Shown here: piece by piece, positions 58,301 through 64,000 of the stretch | Layout: each line of letters starts with the position of its first letter | Position numbering within the stretch: position 1 is the stretch's first letter | Assembly: GCA_002633005.1 (NCBI GenBank) | Contig: NMRA01000204.1 | Span: 4,260-68,259 of the forward strand | DNA: 64,000 nt | Source of the DNA: Phoronis australis | Lineage: Eukaryota > Animalia > Phoronida | Direction: 5' to 3' | Position numbers and translations under genes: made by a program | Notes under the pieces: model-generated | Seen by the model: only the letters and a program-made list of their open reading frames with translations | Database searches by the model: none | Told to the model about the DNA's origin: nothing

Positions 58301-61300
58301 AAACATCGAACATGCACACCAAAGATAAGCGCTCGGCCATAACGATAGAAGGATAATATAAAAACAGAGATATGTTGGAAAACCGATTCAATCTCCATAA
58401 TCACAGACAAAAGTTGCGTATCAAAAGCAGCAAAAACCCCTGCAGAAACAAAGCTCTTACCAAAAACCCCAGCAGCTCATGGTACCTTCATAGAAATCAT
58501 AGCTTGATGCTTTCAGTGACAAGACTGCTGACAACTTTGAAATAGATCAGTGCTAGCTTTGGTGTTCTAATATATACTGAAGTCATTTGCGTACAGGTAT
58601 TGATCAGCCATGCACATATTCAATCAGTTACTGACAGGAAGAACACATCATTTCATCTTCAAATCTGCAGCACTTAAGATGTCAGCACCGGCTTTGCATT
58701 CGTTCACGGAAAAATGTTTTGAAAATGCATGTTCGCCTTTCATAACTCAACCAGTTATTAAGCAGCTCCATGAGACAAAGGGAAAGAGGCTTCAACCAAA
58801 TCTGAATAACACTTTTGTTCCAAAATTCCGATATTAAACTTTCAAGAACAAAAACGCAAGATCGTTGCTTGGTCTTGCGCATCAAGTAGGATGTGTGCTA
58901 GTAAAAAATTGTGAATACAACTAAGCAACACTTGCAATCTCTACAACACAAACACTGACATGAGTTTTCAATGTTTTAAAACAAGCTTTGGAAATTGGGT
59001 TTCATAACTAAAGACCTATTTCTGCAGCTGGTTAGCAATGCCAGTGTTGTCAGGAACCTGCCTTGATAATTGTCAATTAAACCTAAGAAAACTTCACCAA
59101 CCATACCTTCTATGTAACAGCTGGTCAGTGTCATGTTTAAATTATTATCCATGTTTCCTGGACATCATAACAATGTTCATGAAATAATGCCATATCCAAC
59201 TTTGCTTTGCTATTCCACATGTAGTCTCAGGCTGGTAAATTCAACCAAACATCTTGCAGACTGACAACTGGTTTGGCTTTGACATATGATGGCCATGCCA
59301 GAAAGAGTGACCTCGCCAAATATAACCTATTGAGTTTGGTTTAATGACGTGAATAGAGTGCAAGAAACATGTCGCAAGTCACGAAATCAAATAAAACATA
59401 GACCCAAGATTAAACTCTAATTCTTTTTTCAATCAACCTGACATTTGCTATGAGCATATCAATCGAGATACAAACAACGTTTTATAATTGGGAGAACTTC
59501 TATTTTTTCACATAAATATACAAAAAGCAAAGACATTTTTAAACTCGGTACTATAATTACATACACACAGCAGTATATAAATAACTTGCAGCAAAAAGTA
59601 GCCATCTGCTTACGGTCAGAAATTAAAGGAAACATGCTGATAAACAATTTATAACATGGCGACTTCAGAGTTATAAGAAACAGAAAGCTAGATGTTGGCA
59701 AAAGGTTTTTGTAAATGTAGCAAAGGACCTAAATAGTAAAGGTAAGGGCCCTTTTAAGGTCTTAATCAGAAAAATTCCAGTTGGGTGATAGCCCGCAAGT
59801 CAGGTATAGGCATTATATCAGACAAGCACAGTAAAACACATATGAACGCAACTTAACAATCACAGGCACTATCTCATGAGCAAATGTGTTCTTTAGTCTA
59901 GACTAGTTCCTAGCAGAGACTATAGATGGCTCTGATCTATTCTAGCTCATGATTGGTCACAAAATAATGTTGATAACATAGCAACAAAGGGTGGTCCTCT
60001 CATCAAGTGCACAGATTGGTCCCCTCATCCTCATAATAGTTTATAACTTCTAATGCCATGTCGGTGTCTGCCCGATAATGGCAACACCTTTATAAGCTCA
60101 TACTTCGCATATACTACACTGGTGTTTAATCGTAGTAAATATGTACCACTGATGCAAACCTTTTCCTATAGGAGGTACACTTGTCACATCTTGATGCATA
60201 TAAGATACCTAAATAACTCATTTTGTGCAGAATAATAACAAAATGATAGTGTTATACGCATGCTCTACAGCATTTTCAAATGTGAAAGTAACGACACCTA
60301 TCAGGCTAGTGAAATCGCATGAATTTCCATTCAGGAGGTCAAAACGGTCAAGAATTTGAATGTACTTTTGGCTAGCACCAACCTGAAAGAGGCTAATAAT
60401 ACTGCTCAGAAATATTTCACCAAGGCTTTCAATTCCACATGGCTCCGTTCCAATAACTGTAGAAAAATCTATAATTAAAACCAACTGTCTTATGAATAAG
60501 GGTTCTATAATTACCCACATGAAATGCTTTTGGGAAATTCCATTTGTGACGGACAGAAAGAACAAATTGTTCATCAATTGATTATTCAGGTCCCACTGGC
60601 ATGAATCAATTTTTGTCAATTCACTTTGCTCGACTGCGAAAATTACCTTTAAAGGGCATGATGGACGTATGCTGAGAAATATTTGTCAGAGCAAAGCAAC
60701 CGACGTTTTTGAAGACATCTTTTCAATTTTTTATCAGTCAACTTGAAGTAAGTGACAGACGTACATAACAGGCCACCAAAGCTGCAAGCATGTCCCCAAA
60801 AGTCTCCATCACGGAGTTACAATAACAGAAATTTAGGCTGAAAGTTTTTTTTTAAATATGTTTTGTAGAGAATGACAATAATATGTGTTACTTTTTACTT
60901 TTTAAAGACTTTCAGCAACGTTATGAAAGTCCACCATTTCTCAATAATCATTGTCAGATGGTAGTTAGACATGAAAAAGATTTTTAAAAATGTTAGCATT
61001 CATCTAGTGCTAACTATTTCGTACGAAAAATCAGAAAACATAATTCCACTTGTCAGCCAAATTGTGACCTACATTGGTAAGACTTTACCCTAAATCCATT
61101 TGTCACAAACAAACTTAATGATAAAGACTCAAATGTGACAGAGTCAGTTTGAAGCCAAGTTGTCTTAGGCATAGGTATTTGGGAACACTGAGTACATGTA
61201 CGGTATTTGTCCTGATCGTGCTCAGAGATCTTTGATAGTCATAGTCAAGAAGGGGGCGGACTCTGTTGGTCTAACGCATTTGTAAGGGATATCTACAGAA

Positions 61301-61934
61301 GATAAAGATGTCTCAAGGTTGATGTGATCATCCATTCACTACACTTTGACTAAAGGCTATGAAGTAAATGTTACCGTTTAAACAAATATATTGCGACAAT
61401 TGTAATGCAAGTTTGTGCTTTGCGTCTTTATAAAGACCCTGATTTGCCGATCACAAACCAGAGAAATCCGTTTTAAATAACACAACATACTGTTTTATAA
61501 AATAAAATTAGGAAATTCTGTTTACTATTTCATAATGAAGTATCACAATTGATTTGGTAATCACATTTTTGTTTCCACAAAATTATGCCGCAGCTCCGTT
61601 TTACTAAACAATTAGCTGCACACTAAGTTTATTGTTTCCCAAACTAGAAAAAGAACAGTGACACCTTCAGAAAAAAATGAACAACTACTTGAACATGTTT
61701 ACTGCAAATTGATGGTCGATCGGTTTGTGACAGTACTGAAATTATGTGCATTCAATTCGAAACCTCAAATTCCATGAAAGGAGTCAGATTCCATAAATTC
61801 CACGTGGTTTGAGTCATCGTGGAAAGTCAGCATCCTACACCCTTCATACCACAGCTCAAACTGACTAAACACGTTACTAAAAAGCAAACACATATGTTCT
61901 CATTGAAGGCAAGAATTATATAACAAACATAAAC

Positions 61935-62003
61935 TTGTCTAGGATTCAAACCCGTGCACTGTTGTAGAGAGATATTGCACACATACGCCACTGCACCATA
62001 AAA
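61935..62003 (-). mobile_element. tRNA-derived SINE head or tRNA pseudogene fragment
   Basis: A-box TGGTGCAGTGG (61998-61988) and B-box GGTTTGAATCC (61952-61942) at tRNA-like spacing; no intact cloverleaf seen. Confidence 0.55.
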
Positions 62004-62099
62004 GACCACATGGTCAGCGACAGAAATCAAACTTCATTATGATTAATATCTAACCTGGTGATGACAGATTTCAGGCCCAAAATCGCATTCTTTTTCGAT

Positions 62100-62300
62100 A
62101 CCTGGACTCAAATATAAGGTACCTTATAGTCTGCCGGTTGCCGCCATTTCCTAGTGCTTTTCATCAACAGTGCATTTGTAACAACCTCTGTGATTGGTGA
62201 GATGTGTGCTACCAAAAAAATGGTGGCAACTAGACGACTGTAGGGCATCTTGCTACTGAGCGCAGATATCATCGCGTGTGGACGTCTGCGGCAATAGTAA
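62100..62300. promoter_or_regulatory. Candidate divergent promoter between TBC1D24 (-) and the SDR gene (+)
   Basis: YY1-like AAATGGCGG on - (about 62141-62149) followed by donor AAG|gtacct at 62122; CCAAT box (gattgg near 62192); AAAATGGTGGC on + near 62217; local CpG enrichment. Confidence 0.45.
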
Positions 62301-62424
62301 TTGCCTACCTGTTATAGTTGTTCTCGTCTTTGTTGTTCTTCATTGTTATATAGTGACATAATACTCTGGAGAGTGAGGTCACTTGAACCAAGAAGAAGGA
62401 GAAGAAGAGTCCTGTAGTGAAAAA

Positions 62425-62495
62425 TCACCTAGTCCAAGTTTTGAAGCCGGTACCTCTTGCTTCAATGCCAGGCGTCTTAACTAGTCGACCAAAGA
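62425..62495 (-). mobile_element. Degenerate tRNA-derived SINE head
   Basis: Minus strand reads TGGTCGACTAGTTAAGACGCCTG...GAGGTACCGGCTTCAAAACTTGG, with degenerate A and B boxes. Confidence 0.4.
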
Positions 62496-63282
62496 GCAAT
62501 TGCGCGTAGGCGAGTGATTAAGAGAGGTCTTTATATCACTAAACTCACTGCAGATTCACCACAGTCCCAACCAGCCAGCAGGCAATTGCGCGTTTAGAGA
62601 GGTTCTATACGACCTGTACTTACACTACACCCAGAACCGGAAATTCACAACACTGTGACGTCTTTACTTAGAATTGAAGTTGAACTGAAGTAAACTCTTT
62701 GCATGATTGAAAAATTGTACTTTACCCTTTAGTTTTAAAATTGGCCTCAATGTTGACAGTTAAAGTGAAGTTTGACTTCCGAATAGTATTTTCGAAGACG
62801 GCTAAAACGCACGGTTAGTCGCATTCGTCAGATGAGATAGGCGTACAGAAACAGTCAGAGACTCACTCAGAACTAGGAACCAGGTTCCTAGCTCAGAAAC
62901 ACATACCCTAAAAATGGTTCGAAGTTGTTCTGGCTTCTTGTGTTCTTGCAGCTTCAATACAATGAACATAAACTGCCCGTAGACGTACCACCTGCTATGC
63001 GTGAAATGAATTTTGCTGACTTTGCAGTAAAAGCCGAGTTTCGGCCGTAAACAAGAATTACGTTCGAACCACACTCACTAACTTGTCGGGCGCCATTTGT
63101 TTACGAAAACGAACGAGACTTCATTACGAGATCGTGAATCTCCGCGTTTTTCAGACTTCCATCGCGTCTTAAATAATTGTCCCATTTTTTTTCATCTCAA
63201 ACGCAGTGATTCTCTTAATATAAGACTAAATTTCTTTCCTAATCTTACCGATAAATTTTGTAGTCATTCAAAACATCTCTCT

Positions 63283-63686
63283 GATATGCGTGAACTTGGA
63301 ATCTTGCTTAATCTCAAGATCACGTATGCGTGAACTTGGAATACATGAGGAAACTTCACCAGTTCATTCAAATAATCACGTTCACGTTGATAAAAATTTG
63401 CAATGCACTAAATCTAATTACATGTTAATACAAAATTACAAATTTTGACCAATCCTTTTTCAACTATTGGCGATTTTTTTTCACCAAACAATAACCATTC
63501 GCATATTCCTCCGATTTGTTGAACAAGTTACGGTAAAGAGGAAAAACGGGTGATCATGAGGCCCATAATTCCAATATTTATTACACTGAACAAAAAATTT
63601 CACCTGATTGCCCAAATGAGTATCCGATTCCAAGTTCACTCATAGGTAATCTTGAGATTAAGCAGGATTCCAAGTTCATGCACAGC
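63283..63686. mobile_element. MITE family B, full-length copy about 100 bp upstream of the SDR ATG
   Basis: Roughly 55-bp imperfect TIRs (GCGTGAACTTGGAATCTTGCTTAATCTCAAGAT / ATCTTGAGATTAAGCAGGATTCCAAGTTCATGC); interior matches 918-1292 in inverted orientation. Confidence 0.82.
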
Positions 63687-63788
63687 AGCTTGGTCTCTTA
63701 CCTTCTCCGCTTGGAGACGCCCCACTCAAAGGCGGAAACTCTCATTATTTGGTCAGATGCACAGGTGCCTGTGGTCAGATGTGAACAA

Positions 63789-63966
63789 ATGGAGGCGAAA
63801 ACTCTTGCAGTTTTGACCAGTGTGTCCGTTATAGCATTCATAGGATTCTGGTTATTTCTTCCGTTTATTGTTGGTGCTATTTTGCTTCTAGTTGTTCTTA
63901 CGATTTACAAAAAATACAAACCACAAACATACGTCGAATCCACTGGAAAAGCTATATTCATTACGG
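63789..63966 (+). CDS. First coding exon of a membrane-anchored short-chain dehydrogenase/reductase (BDH1/RDH/HSD17B2-like); the gene continues beyond the window
   Basis: caaATGG start; long hydrophobic N-terminus followed by a basic stretch (KKYKP), then GKAIFITG, the start of the Rossmann TGxxxGxG motif, cut by a phase-1 donor G|gtaaat at 63967. Confidence 0.8.
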
Positions 63967-64000
63967 GTAAATGTTCCACTCTCTACTCTACTCTCTAGTC

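Noticed and set aside
61935-62003. Functional tRNA gene
   Set aside because: A and B boxes are present but acceptor and anticodon stems could not be paired; treated as a SINE or pseudogene head.
62113-62128. Perfect 16-bp palindrome TATAAGGTACCTTATA over the candidate leader-exon donor
   Set aside because: A single AT-rich palindrome with no repeat copies; no function can be supported.

Overview
Eukaryotic, AT-rich, intron-containing genomic DNA, most consistent with an invertebrate animal; the species cannot be named from the sequence. Three host genes are supported. (1) A complete six-coding-exon ureohydrolase of the AGMAT (agmatinase/guanidino-acid hydrolase) type on +, 9118-12850, 343 aa. 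(2) A convergent TBC1D24/skywalker orthologue (non-canonical TBC plus TLDc) on -, with ten core exons at 42655-17239 and candidate 5' exons up to about 62.15 kb. (3) The first coding exon of a membrane-anchored short-chain dehydrogenase/reductase on + at 63789, running off the window. The rest is intronic or intergenic DNA with many MITE families, minisatellites, tRNA-like SINE heads, a decayed spliced THAP gene and an Academ-like transposase remnant. The most unusual signals are inside TBC1D24: two extra in-frame exons that each duplicate an adjacent piece of the TLDc domain (27474-27584 and 23551-23691), a possible internal promoter for a TLDc-only isoform, a uORF whose stop overlaps the main AUG, and a 25-bp array of AAAGGTCA sites next to a candidate 5' exon. 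All exon models were read by eye from splice signals, phase and remembered family motifs; no alignment or expression data were used.
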